Of a stretch of 64,000 nt of DNA, positions 36,231 through 44,654 are shown one piece after another. Under the pieces are notes generated by a model that saw only the letters and a list, made by a program, of their open reading frames with translations, searched no databases and was not told the DNA's origin. The DNA lies in contig OZ241886.1 of the NCBI GenBank assembly GCA_965203375.1, forward strand, positions 28,818 through 92,817. The letters run 5' to 3'. This DNA comes from Candidatus Aldehydirespiratoraceae bacterium (GTDB lineage Bacteria > Actinomycetota > Acidimicrobiia > Acidimicrobiales > Aldehydirespiratoraceae). The translations under genes were made by a program, and so were the position numbers. How positions within the stretch are numbered: position 1 is the stretch's first letter; every line of letters starts with the position of its first letter.

Positions 36231-37770
36231 AGTAGGGCTTGCGCAGCTCGCGCTTTAGCACCTTCATGGCTCCTGACAGGGGCAGGGGCTCGGTCCGCAG
36301 CTCCACCGACTTGGGAACCTTGTAGCCGGCGATGAGGGACCGGGCGTGCTCGATCAGCTCGTCCTCGGTCGCTTCGGCCCCTCCCCGCAGCATCACGATG
36401 GCGTGGACCTGCTCGCCCCAGACGTCGTGGGGGATGCCGATCACGGCCGCCTGCTCCACCGCCGGGTGCTTGGACAGAGCCTGCTCCACCTCGGCCGAGT
36501 ACACGTTCTCCCCGCCGGTGACGATCATGTCCTTCACCCGGTCGACCAGGAACAGGTAGCCGCCGTCGTCGAGGTAGCCGGCGTCGCCGGTGCGGTACCA
36601 GCCGTCGCGGAAGGCCTCGGCGGTGGCCTCGGGCTTGTTCCAGTACTCGCGCATGAAGTTGCCGGCCCGGGCCCAGATCTCCCCCACCGTCCCCCGGGGC
36701 ACCTCGCGGCCGTCGGGGTCGCGGATCGACAGCGACACCCCGGCCACGGCCCGGCCGGCCGACTGCAGCCGGGGGCCGCCCAGGCGGTGGTCCCGGCCGC
36801 TGAGGAAGGTCAGCAGCGACGAGGCCTCGGTCATCCCGTAGCCCTGGGTGACGTCGAGGTCGGGGTACAGGCCCAGCAGCCGGTCGAGCAGGGCCGCGGG
36901 CATGGGCGAGGCGCCGTAGGTCAGCCGCTTGAGGGAGGCCAGGCGCTCGGGGGCGAAGTCGGGGTGGCCCAGCATCATGGCGATCATGGTCGGCACCATC
37001 AGGGTCTGGGTCACGCTGTGGCGCTCGATCAGGTCGATGACCGGGCCGGGGTCGAACAGCGGGATCGACACCGACAGCCCGCCCGAGGACGGGATGCCCA
37101 GCACACCGGCCATGGAGGCGGCGTGGAACATCGGGGTCTGGTGGAGGTAGACGGACTCCTGCTCCAGGGGGACGACCATGGCCACGTGGTAGAGGTTCAG
37201 CATCTCGGCCCGGCTGTCGACCAGCACCCCCTTGGGCAGGCCGGTGGTGCCGCCGGTGTACATCAGCACCACCGGGTCGGACTCCTCGGGCTCGTCGGGC
37301 GCCACCGGGTCGGCCGCGGCCAGCATGTCCTCGTAGCTCACGTCGTGGGGCACGTCGCCGCCGCCGATCAGCACCATGTGGCGGATGGGGCTGGGCTCGG
37401 GCGAGGAGGCCATGGCGTTGGCGAAGTGCTGGGCGAAGAAGGCGTCGACGAACACCACCTCGGTGCCGGAGTCGCGCACGATGTAGTCCAGCTCGGGGCC
37501 GGCCAGGCGCAGGTTCAGCGGGTTGATGACCCCGGCCCCCAGGAAGGCGGCGTGGTACAGCTCCAAGAACTGGTGGCTGTTGGTGGCCATGACCGCGAAC
37601 CGGTCGCCGGGCCGCACGCCCAGCTCTTGGCGCAGGGCCTGGCACAGGCGGAACACCCGGTCGCCGTGCTCGGCGAAGGTGCCCCGGTGGTCGCCGTCGA
37701 TGACGAAGGTCCGGTCGGCGTGGTTCTCGACGGCCGGCAGCAGCATGCGGTGGTAGACGAGTTCTTTCAT
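36202..37770 (-). CDS. AMP-dependent acyl-CoA synthetase/ligase (FadD-like)
   Basis: MKELVYHRML...; YTGGTTGLPKGV AMP-binding motif; ...GWYRTGD...; start taken at ATG37770 rather than the extended track start at 38055. Confidence 0.85.
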   Translation of the reverse strand: MKELVYHRMLLPAVENHADRTFVIDGDHRGTFAEHGDRVFRLCQALRQELGVRPGDRFAVMATNSHQFLELYHAAFLGAGVINPLNLRLAGPELDYIVRDSGTEVVFVDAFFAQHFANAMASSPEPSPIRHMVLIGGGDVPHDVSYEDMLAAADPVAPDEPEESDPVVLMYTGGTTGLPKGVLVDSRAEMLNLYHVAMVVPLEQESVYLHQTPMFHAASMAGVLGIPSSGGLSVSIPLFDPGPVIDLIERHSVTQTLMVPTMIAMMLGHPDFAPERLASLKRLTYGASPMPAALLDRLLGLYPDLDVTQGYGMTEASSLLTFLSGRDHRLGGPRLQSAGRAVAGVSLSIRDPDGREVPRGTVGEIWARAGNFMREYWNKPEATAEAFRDGWYRTGDAGYLDDGGYLFLVDRVKDMIVTGGENVYSAEVEQALSKHPAVEQAAVIGIPHDVWGEQVHAIVMLRGGAEATEDELIEHARSLIAGYKVPKSVELRTEPLPLSGAMKVLKRELRKPYWEGRDRAVN

Positions 37771-37934
37771 GGCCCGCAGGTTACGCCCACCCGGTGTGAG
37801 CTGCCGCCGGTGGAGGCGGTCCGGCCCGTCGGCGGCCCCGGGACCGACCGTCCGTCGGGCCGTCGGCCATCGGCATAGCCGAGCAGATCGACCCCGCCGA
37901 CCGGCCCGACCGACCGCTCCCTGCTTAGCCGCCT

Positions 37935-38714
37935 TCAGTGGTGGCGGACAAAGACGGGCTCGTCGGGGCGGGACCGGTCGGGGTCGTAGGCGTAGCCCAG
38001 GCCGGTGAAGTCCTGCAAGCCCCGGATCGACTTCAGTCGGCTGCGGATGATCCACCCGGCGGCGGCCCCCCGGGCCCGCTTGGCGAAGAAGGCGATCGTC
38101 TTGGGCTCGGCGCCGTCGCGGCTGTCGAGGAACTTGGGCGTGACCAGCCGCCCGTTGAGGCGGTCGGGGTTGACCGAGCGGAAGTACTCGTTGGAGGCCA
38201 GGTTGACGACGGCGTCCGGGCCGGGGCTGTCGGCCAGGTCGGCGTTGAGCACCTCGGTGATGCGGTCGCCCCAGAACTGGTACAGGTCCCGGCCCCGGTC
38301 GGTGGCCAGGGTGGAGCCCATCTCCAGCCGGTAGGGCTGCATCAGGTCGAGCGGGCGCAGCACCCCGTACAGGCCCGACAGGATGCGCAGCACCTTCTGG
38401 GCGTGGGTGTAGTCGCGCTCGGTGAAGGTGTTGGGCGCGTCCATGCCCATGTAGACGTCGCCGCTGAAGGCCAGCAGCGCGGGCCGGGCCGTGTTCGGCG
38501 TGAACGGCGCCTCCCAGTCCTGGAAGCGCTCGAAGTTCAGCTCGCCCAGCTCGGGGGAGATGCCCATCATGGCGCTGATCTCCTCGGGCGACTTGGCCGC
38601 CATGACCTCGGCCAGCGACTCGGCCTCGTTCAGCAGGCGGGGCTGGGAGTGCTTGCGGGTGGGCAGGGCCGAGGAGTAGTCGAGCGACTTGGCCGGAGAG
38701 ACGACGACCAGCAC
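37935..38714 (-). CDS. yaaA: Peroxide stress protein YaaA (DUF328/UPF0246)
   Basis: VLVVVSPAKSLDY...ISPELGELNFERFQDW.... GTG38714 is chosen because the upstream part of the track ORF runs into the palindromic repeats. Confidence 0.8.
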   Translation of the reverse strand: MLVVVSPAKSLDYSSALPTRKHSQPRLLNEAESLAEVMAAKSPEEISAMMGISPELGELNFERFQDWEAPFTPNTARPALLAFSGDVYMGMDAPNTFTERDYTHAQKVLRILSGLYGVLRPLDLMQPYRLEMGSTLATDRGRDLYQFWGDRITEVLNADLADSPGPDAVVNLASNEYFRSVNPDRLNGRLVTPKFLDSRDGAEPKTIAFFAKRARGAAAGWIIRSRLKSIRGLQDFTGLGYAYDPDRSRPDEPVFVRHH

Positions 38715-38796
38715 GCCCCCGTTATAGCGCCCCCCTCCCCCGGTTTCCCTCCCCGACCCCTTCGGCTCCCCGGGTCCCTCGGGTTTCTCCCTCGGG

Positions 38797-38968
38797 TTTT
38801 CTGAGCAAAAACCGTCGCTATACCGCAACGATCTGCTCAGAAAAGCCGGTCTCTCGGGTTTTCTGAGCAAAAATGGTCGCTATACGCCAACTTTCTGCTC
38901 AGAAAAGCCGGGCGCTCGGGTTTTCTGAGCAAAAATCGTCGCTATACCGCAACGATCTGCTCAGAAAA
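38797..38968. repeat. Three tandem 48-nt palindromic elements (62-bp period)
   Basis: TTTTCTGAGCA-N26-TGCTCAGAAAA at 38797-38844, 38859-38906 and 38921-38968. The inner part also pairs (ATCGTCGC..GCAACGAT), giving a long hairpin. Confidence 0.85.
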
Positions 38969-38991
38969 CGCGAGAGCGGAAGGCGGACGGG

Positions 38992-40167
38992 TCAGGACAG
39001 GGCGGGCAGGGCTCGGCGGAGGCTGCGGACGGCCTGCTGGATGCGCTGCTCGTTCTCGATGAGGGCGAAGCGCACATGGCCCTCGCCGCCGGAGCCGAAC
39101 CCGACGCCGGGCGACACCGCCACCTGGGCCTCGGTGACCAGGCGGGAGGCGAACTCGATGGAGCCCAGCCCGGCGTAGGGCTCCGGTATCGGCGCCCACA
39201 CGAACATGGTGCCCCGGGGCCTCTCCACCTCCCAGCCGATCCGGTTCAGGCCGTCGCACAGGGCGTTGCGGCGGGCCTCGTAGACGGCGGCGGCCTCAGC
39301 CGGGTAGTCGGGCAGGTCCCGCAGGGTGACCGTGGCCGCGATCTGGATGGGCTGGAAGCTCCCGTAGTCGAGGTAGCTCTTCAGCTTGGCCAGGGCCGCC
39401 ACCACGTCGGCTTGGCCCAGCATGAACGCCACCCGCCAGCCCGCCATCGAGAACGACTTGGTCATCGAATAGAGCTCGACCGCGCACTCCCGGGCTCCCT
39501 CGGCCTGCAGGATCGACGGGGGCCGGTAGCCGTTGAAGCCGAGGTCGGCGTAGGCGTTGTCGTGAACGATGAGCAGGTCCCGGCCGCGGGCGAAGTCCAC
39601 CACCTTCTGCATGAAGGCGAGGTCGACGCAGGCGGTGGTGGGGTTGTGGGGGAACGACATGACCGCCACCCGGGGCTTGGGCCAGCACTGCTGCCAGGCG
39701 GCGTGCAGCCGGTCGAAGAACTCCTCGCCCGCGCCCAGGGGAACCTCGCGGATGTCGGCGCCGGCGAACAGCGGCCCGTAAATGTGGATCGGGTAGCTCG
39801 GCGCCGGCACCAGGCAGGTGTCGCCGGGCTGAAGCAGCACCCACATGAGGTGGCTGAACCCCTCCTTGGCCCCGATGGTGTTGATCACCTCGGTGTCGGG
39901 GTCGAGCTCCACGCCGAACCGGCGCCGGTAAAGGTCGGCCATCGCCTCGCGCAGCCGGGGCAGGCCCCGGCTGGAGGAGTAGCGATGGTTGCGGGGGTTG
40001 CGGACCGCCTCGGCCAGCTTGTCCACCGCCGCATCGGGCGAGGGCAGGTCCGGGTTGCCGAAGCCCAAGTCGATGATGTCGGTTCCGGCCCGGCGGGCCT
40101 CGATCTTCAGGTCGTTGATGATGGTGAAGACGTAGGGGGGCAGGCCCTTGATGCGCCGGAACTCCAT
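38992..40167 (-). CDS. Class I/II aminotransferase (alanine/aspartate aminotransferase-like)
   Basis: MEFRRIKGLPPYVFTIINDLKIEARRAGTDIIDLGFGNPDLPSP...SMTKSFSMAGWRVAF (PLP Lys region). Confidence 0.85.
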   Translation of the reverse strand: MEFRRIKGLPPYVFTIINDLKIEARRAGTDIIDLGFGNPDLPSPDAAVDKLAEAVRNPRNHRYSSSRGLPRLREAMADLYRRRFGVELDPDTEVINTIGAKEGFSHLMWVLLQPGDTCLVPAPSYPIHIYGPLFAGADIREVPLGAGEEFFDRLHAAWQQCWPKPRVAVMSFPHNPTTACVDLAFMQKVVDFARGRDLLIVHDNAYADLGFNGYRPPSILQAEGARECAVELYSMTKSFSMAGWRVAFMLGQADVVAALAKLKSYLDYGSFQPIQIAATVTLRDLPDYPAEAAAVYEARRNALCDGLNRIGWEVERPRGTMFVWAPIPEPYAGLGSIEFASRLVTEAQVAVSPGVGFGSGGEGHVRFALIENEQRIQQAVRSLRRALPALS

Positions 40168-40233
40168 GGGCGCGAGGGTAGGCGCTTCAGTTCCCCGCCC
40201 TCAGCACCCTTCCTTCGGGCCTCCGGCGGCCCG

Positions 40234-41037
40234 CTAGTACCTCTCCTCCACGAAGGTCTGGTCTGACAGCGGGGGCCGGACGTAGCCGGTGGCGGACTGG
40301 GGCTCGGGCAGTTCGACCTCCTCCCAGGGCATGTGCTCGTAGGGGATCTGGCCCAGCAGATGGGCGATGCAGTTCAGCCGGGCCGCCTTCTTGTCGTCGG
40401 CGCCGACGACGTACCACGGCGCCTGCTTGATGTCGGTGTGGGCGAACAGGGTGTCCTTGGCCTTGGAGAAGTCCACCCAGCGGGTCCGGGCCTGCAGGTC
40501 CATGGGCGACAGCTTCCAGCGCCTCACCGGGTCGGTGATCCGGTTGCGGAACCGGCGCTCCTGCTCGGAGTCGCTGATCGAGAACCAGTACTTGATCAGG
40601 ATGATCCCCGACCGCACCAGCATCCGCTCGAACTCGGGGCAGGACCGCAGGAACTCCCGGTACTCGTCCTCGGTGCAGAACCCCATGACCGGCTCGACCA
40701 GCCCCCGGTTGTACCAGCTCCGGTCGAACAGGACCATCTCGCCCGCGGCGGGGAGCTCGGCCACGTAGCGCTGGAACCACCACTGGGTCTTCTCCCGGTC
40801 GCTGGGGGTTCCCAGGGCGACCACCCGGGCCACCCGGGGGTTCAGCCGCTCGGTGATCCGCTTGATGACCCCGCCCTTGCCGGCGGCGTCGCGGCCCTCG
40901 AAGATGACCACCACCTTCAGGCCCCGATGGCGGATCCAGCGCTGGAGCCGGACCAGCTCTTCTTGGAGGCGGGCCAGCTCCTTCTCATAGGCCTTGCGGT
41001 TCAGCTTCGGTCTCGGGCTCTCCGGCTTTGCGCTCAC
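40234..41037 (-). CDS. ppk2: Polyphosphate kinase 2
   Basis: KAYEKELARLQEELVRLQ...VVIFEGRDAAGKGGVIKRI...FDRSWYNR. GTG41037 is chosen; the track ORF extends to 41526 through a GC-rich minisatellite. Confidence 0.8.
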   Translation of the reverse strand: MSAKPESPRPKLNRKAYEKELARLQEELVRLQRWIRHRGLKVVVIFEGRDAAGKGGVIKRITERLNPRVARVVALGTPSDREKTQWWFQRYVAELPAAGEMVLFDRSWYNRGLVEPVMGFCTEDEYREFLRSCPEFERMLVRSGIILIKYWFSISDSEQERRFRNRITDPVRRWKLSPMDLQARTRWVDFSKAKDTLFAHTDIKQAPWYVVGADDKKAARLNCIAHLLGQIPYEHMPWEEVELPEPQSATGYVRPPLSDQTFVEERY

Positions 41038-41085
41038 CCCGCCGATCCTAACGAGAGCCCCGCGGGCTACCTCAAGCCCACACAC

Positions 41086-41460
41086 GGCGGGTCGGCGGGA
41101 CGGCGGGGACGGGCAGGGACGGCGGGGACGGCGGACGGCGGGGACGGCGGACGGCGGGGACGGCGGGGGGACCGGCGGACGGCGGGGACGGCGGGGGGAC
41201 CGGCGGACGGCGGGGACGGCGGGGACGGGCAGGGACGGCGGGGACGGCGGACGGCGGGGACGGCGGACGGCGGGGACGGCGGACGGCGGGGACGGCGGAC
41301 GGCGGGGACGGCGGACGGCGGGGACGGCGGACGGCGGGGACGGCGGGGGGACCGGCGGACGGCGGGGACGGCGGGGACGGCGGGGGGACCGGCGGACGGC
41401 GGGGACGGCGGGGACGGCGGGGGGACCGGCGGACGGCGGGGACGGCGGGACGGCGGGACG
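41086..41460. repeat. G-rich minisatellite (GGACGGCGG / GGGGACGGCGG units)
   Basis: About 375 bp of imperfect 7-9-nt units with many GGGG runs on the plus strand. Translates on the minus strand as (PSPPSAVPAVRRPRRP)n. Confidence 0.85.
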
Positions 41461-41501
41461 CTGCCCGGTCACCCTCGCCCGCCCGCCTCCCCGATCAGCG
41501 T

Positions 41502-41549
41502 TTTTCTGAGCAACCGTTTGCGGCATACCTACATCGGATGCTCAGAAAA
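41502..41549. repeat. Fourth copy of the 48-nt palindromic element (inverted orientation)
   Basis: TTTTCTGAGCA-N26-TGCTCAGAAAA. The inner CGTTTGCGGCATACCTAC resembles the reverse complement of the core in the 38.8-kb copies. Confidence 0.75.
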
Positions 41550-41668
41550 CCAGAGGGATGTAGGGTCGGCGCGATGGCGAAGCGCCTACTTGACCGCGCC
41601 CGGACGGAAGGCGGGGCGTTGATCCCGTCGGACCCGACGGCCCGGACGAGTGCGCCAACCCGGGCGGA

Positions 41669-42256
41669 ATGCGGCCGGATCGGGAGGCGGCGTTGATCCT
41701 GTCGGACCGCTCGATCCGGGAGGCCCTGGAGTCGGGACGCATCGCCATCGACCCCCTCGACCCGGCCAGCATCCAGCCGTCGTCGGTGGACCTGCGGCTC
41801 GACCGCTCGTTCCGGGTGTTCCGCAACCACACCCTGGGCCACATCGACGTGCGCAAAGACCTCAGCGACCTGACCACCCTGCTGCGCGCCGACGAGGCCG
41901 ACCCGTTCATCCTGCACCCGGGCGAGTTCGTGCTCGGATGCACCCTGGAGCGGGTGGCCCTGCCCGACGACTTGGTGGGCCGGCTGGAGGGCAAGTCGTC
42001 GCTGGGCCGGCTGGGCCTGCTGATCCACTCGACCGCCGGGTTCGTGGACGCCGGCTTCGACGGCCAGCTCACCCTGGAGCTGTCCAACGTGGCCAGCCTG
42101 CCCATCACCCTGTTCCCCGGCATGAAGATCGGCCAGGTCAGCTTCCACCAGATGACCACCCCGGCCGACAACCCCTACGGCGCCGGGGAGCTGCGCTCGA
42201 AGTACCAGAGCCAGCGCGGCCCCATGCCCTCCCGATACTGGGAGAACTTCGCCTGA
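41669..42256 (+). CDS. dcd: dCTP deaminase
   Basis: [36 protein letters not shown]...[15 protein letters not shown]. The exact start is uncertain. Confidence 0.85.
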   Translation: MRPDREAALILSDRSIREALESGRIAIDPLDPASIQPSSVDLRLDRSFRVFRNHTLGHIDVRKDLSDLTTLLRADEADPFILHPGEFVLGCTLERVALPDDLVGRLEGKSSLGRLGLLIHSTAGFVDAGFDGQLTLELSNVASLPITLFPGMKIGQVSFHQMTTPADNPYGAGELRSKYQSQRGPMPSRYWENFA

Positions 42257-42330
42257 GCCTCCGAGGCTTGCACCGGCGTCCATGACGACCCCCTCCCGAT
42301 ACTGGGAGAACTTCGCCTGAGCCTCCGAGG
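42227..42330. repeat. Perfect 40-nt direct repeat of the dcd 3' end including the stop codon
   Basis: CCCTCCCGATACTGGGAGAACTTCGCCTGAGCCTCCGAGG at 42227-42266 and 42291-42330, separated by 24 nt. Confidence 0.9.
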
Positions 42331-42406
42331 GGGTCCGAAGAGGCCCGTCGGGCTGACCCTGCGCCCCCTGAGTCCCCGCCCCCGGCGGGCGGCCTATCCT
42401 GTGGCC

Positions 42407-42691
42407 ATGGCGAAACCGGTGAAGCGGCGGGTGCAGGCCGGCGGGCGGACAACCCCCAAGGGCACCCGACCCGAGGGCTACACCCCGGAGCGATCAAGCC
42501 ACACCGGCTTCGACGCGCTCCCCTCCAGCCCGGTCTGGGTGGCCGTGCTGCTGTTCGGGCTGCTCGGCCTGGGGGTGGCCACCATCGTCGTCAACTACCT
42601 GGGGGTGCTGTGGGACACCTCCAACCTGATCCTGCTGCTGGGCCTCGGCTTCGTCCTAGGCGGCATCATCACCGCCACCCAGTACCGGTGA
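42407..42691 (+). CDS. crgA: Cell division/septation protein CrgA
   Basis: Basic N-terminus MAKPVKRRVQAGGRTTPKG followed by two TM helices (VWVAVLLFGLLGLGVATIVV; LILLLGLGFVLGGIITATQY). Size and layout match CrgA. Confidence 0.7.
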   Translation: MAKPVKRRVQAGGRTTPKGTRPEGYTPERSSHTGFDALPSSPVWVAVLLFGLLGLGVATIVVNYLGVLWDTSNLILLLGLGFVLGGIITATQYR

Positions 42692-42824
42692 CGCTCGTCC
42701 GCCGGGGCCGCTAGCCGCCAGTGACCTGGCGAAGCACTGTTAATGCCGTCTGGCAACGGCACTAACCGATACCGGTGACGCTGATTACTCGGTTGTAACT
42801 ACATGAGTGTGATTCATCCCCCGA

Positions 42825-42845
42825 TTGTCCACAGCTTGTGGATAA
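42825..42845. promoter_or_regulatory. Pair of head-to-head DnaA-box-like sequences
   Basis: TTGTCCACA (42825-42833), then gcT, then TGTGGATAA (42837-42845, which is TTATCCACA on the other strand). Confidence 0.4.
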
Positions 42846-42867
42846 CCCTGCAGGCCGGGGGCGGCGC

Positions 42868-43158
42868 TCACTCGGACCAGTCGATGGGGGTGACCAGATC
42901 CATGTCGTCCTGGCAGTGCCGGGGCGGGTCGGGGTCCTCGTTGGGGGCGACGGTCATGCGGACCTCGGCGCCACAGATCCGGCAGGCGTAATCAAGGCGC
43001 ACCTTGCGGAGCTCGCCCGGGGGCGGGGGCTCGGGCAGTGGTCGGGCCAGGCCGCGCAGCATCCCCCACCCGATCTTGACGATCAGCCAGCCGGCAAAGA
43101 CGGCGATGACCACATTGAGGACGTTCACCCGGACCTCCCCGAAGCGGCCCAAGAGCAC
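42868..43158 (-). CDS. Small membrane-anchored protein with CxxC...C zinc-ribbon-like C-terminus
   Basis: 96-aa ORF. TM helix VLNVVIAVFAGWLIVKIGWG, then YACRICGAEV...PRHCQDD. Confidence 0.5.
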   Translation of the reverse strand: MLLGRFGEVRVNVLNVVIAVFAGWLIVKIGWGMLRGLARPLPEPPPPGELRKVRLDYACRICGAEVRMTVAPNEDPDPPRHCQDDMDLVTPIDWSE

Positions 43159-43230
43159 CCCGCGATCAGCCGGATAAGCGTCCTGTCGGGCTGAGGATCG
43201 GGGCGGGAGGGACCGGACATCGGGTCCAGG

Positions 43231-43395
43231 CTAAGAGCGCCCGCAAATGGGAGCCACGCTTTCATGCCTTCCCCAGGTCAAGCCATTCGCTCACGCTTTG
43301 CTGCGCGGCTTCTAAGAGCGTCCGTAAATAGGCCCCCACCCCTTCGGCCTTCACCTGGTCAGGCTTGTTTCGCTCCGCCTAGCGCGCCCTCTAAG
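43231..43395. repeat. Two degenerate ~80-bp tandem units abutting the stop codon of the thiolase-like gene
   Basis: CTAAG occurs at 43231, 43312 and 43391. The unit cores CTAAGAGCG(C/T)CCG(C/T)AAAT(G/A)GG and CC(A/T)GGTCA(A/G)GC are shared. The last CTA is the gene's stop codon. Confidence 0.5.
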
Positions 43396-44575
43396 CCCCA
43401 GCCCGGTTTAGACCAGAGCCGCCGCCGTGCCGCCACACTGTGGCGACCGACCCGGTGGGACCGGCGCTGATGGTCAGCAGGTGTTGGCCGGGCTCGAGGC
43501 CGACTAGGCCGTCGGCGATCAGGCGCAGTTCCTCGGCCGACCCGGCGTCGCCGGTGGCCAGCGCGCCGCCAGCCCGGTTGATCCGGGCCGGGTCGATGCC
43601 CAGGGCCTGGCCGGCCAGGATCGGCGCTGCCGCGGTCGGCTCGGTGACGGCGACGGCATCCATGTCGGTGATCTCCAGTCCCGCCATGGCCAGAGCCCGG
43701 TCGGCCGCGGCCTGCACCCCGCCGATGGGGTCGAACGGGTCGCCCGCCGACCGGCCCGTGCCTGCCACTGACGCCGTCTGAGGTTCTCCGGTCTCTGGTG
43801 GTTCGCCGGTTCGCAGCAGCAGGGCCGCCACCGCGTCGGCGGGCGGGGCGAAAGTGGCGGCGGTGAGCAGGCCGCCCTCGCCGAAGGCGGGGGGCAGATC
43901 GGCTACGGCGCCGAGGTCGCGGACCCGGTCGGCCGCCACCGGCGTCGGCCAGCGGATATCCGGCCTGGCCCCGGCGAAGCGGGCGGCGACGGCCACGATC
44001 GAGCCGCACCGGTCATGATCCCGGCGCCGTCGGCACGACTCCTCGGCGACCGCGTCCAGTTCGGCCCGGGCGATGCCAGCCTCGGCCGCGGCCCGCTCGG
44101 CCAGCCGGGGAGGGGGCAGCAGGCCGCCCCGGTCGGCCAGGCGCTCGGCCACCCCGCCCCACGGGGCGCCGTAGGTCCGGCCCATGGCCCCGGCGCCGGG
44201 GGGGACCACCGAAGACAGGCCCAGGCCGATCACCAGCACCATCCGGGCCTGGCCGGAGGCGACGGCGGCCGCGGCGGCCTGCACGGCCATGGCCCCGCTG
44301 GTCTCGGCCCGGTCGATCCCGCAGCCGCCGATCCGGTGAGGCCACCCGGCGGCCAGCACCACCGCCCGGGCCGCGTCGGCCCCGTTGGCCCCCACCAGCT
44401 CGGCGCTGCCGACGATCACCTCGTCCACCTGCGACGGGTCGGTCCCGGTGCGGTCCAGCACCTCCTGGCCGACCGCGGCGGCCAGTTCCACGGGATGCCA
44501 GCCCGACAATTCGGCGTCGACAGGGCGCACCGCGGTGCGGGCCGCCCCGGCCAGCCACACCGGCGCCGGGCTCAC
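43391..44575 (-). CDS. Thiolase-like protein lacking canonical catalytic residues
   Basis: Thiolase-like length and layout, but AETSGAMAV replaces CxSG, ATGDAGSAEE replaces GHPxGxxG, and ISAGPTGS replaces CxGxG. Confidence 0.6.
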   Translation of the reverse strand: MSPAPVWLAGAARTAVRPVDAELSGWHPVELAAAVGQEVLDRTGTDPSQVDEVIVGSAELVGANGADAARAVVLAAGWPHRIGGCGIDRAETSGAMAVQAAAAAVASGQARMVLVIGLGLSSVVPPGAGAMGRTYGAPWGGVAERLADRGGLLPPPRLAERAAAEAGIARAELDAVAEESCRRRRDHDRCGSIVAVAARFAGARPDIRWPTPVAADRVRDLGAVADLPPAFGEGGLLTAATFAPPADAVAALLLRTGEPPETGEPQTASVAGTGRSAGDPFDPIGGVQAAADRALAMAGLEITDMDAVAVTEPTAAAPILAGQALGIDPARINRAGGALATGDAGSAEELRLIADGLVGLEPGQHLLTISAGPTGSVATVWRHGGGSGLNRAGA

Positions 44576-44654
44576 GCCGCCAACGCCTCCCGGCTCACGT
44601 CAGCCCCGGCCCTACACTGGCGGCAGAATCGGAGCCCGGAGCCGGAGGAGGAAC

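Noticed and set aside
41038-41526. N-terminal 163-codon extension of ppk2 from ATG41526 (full track ORF 40234..41526).
   Set aside because: The extension is entirely minisatellite-encoded Pro/Arg/Ser repeats. ATG41526 sits inside the 48-nt palindromic element, and the PPK2 domain is complete from GTG41037. It is kept as an open question in the findings rather than annotated.
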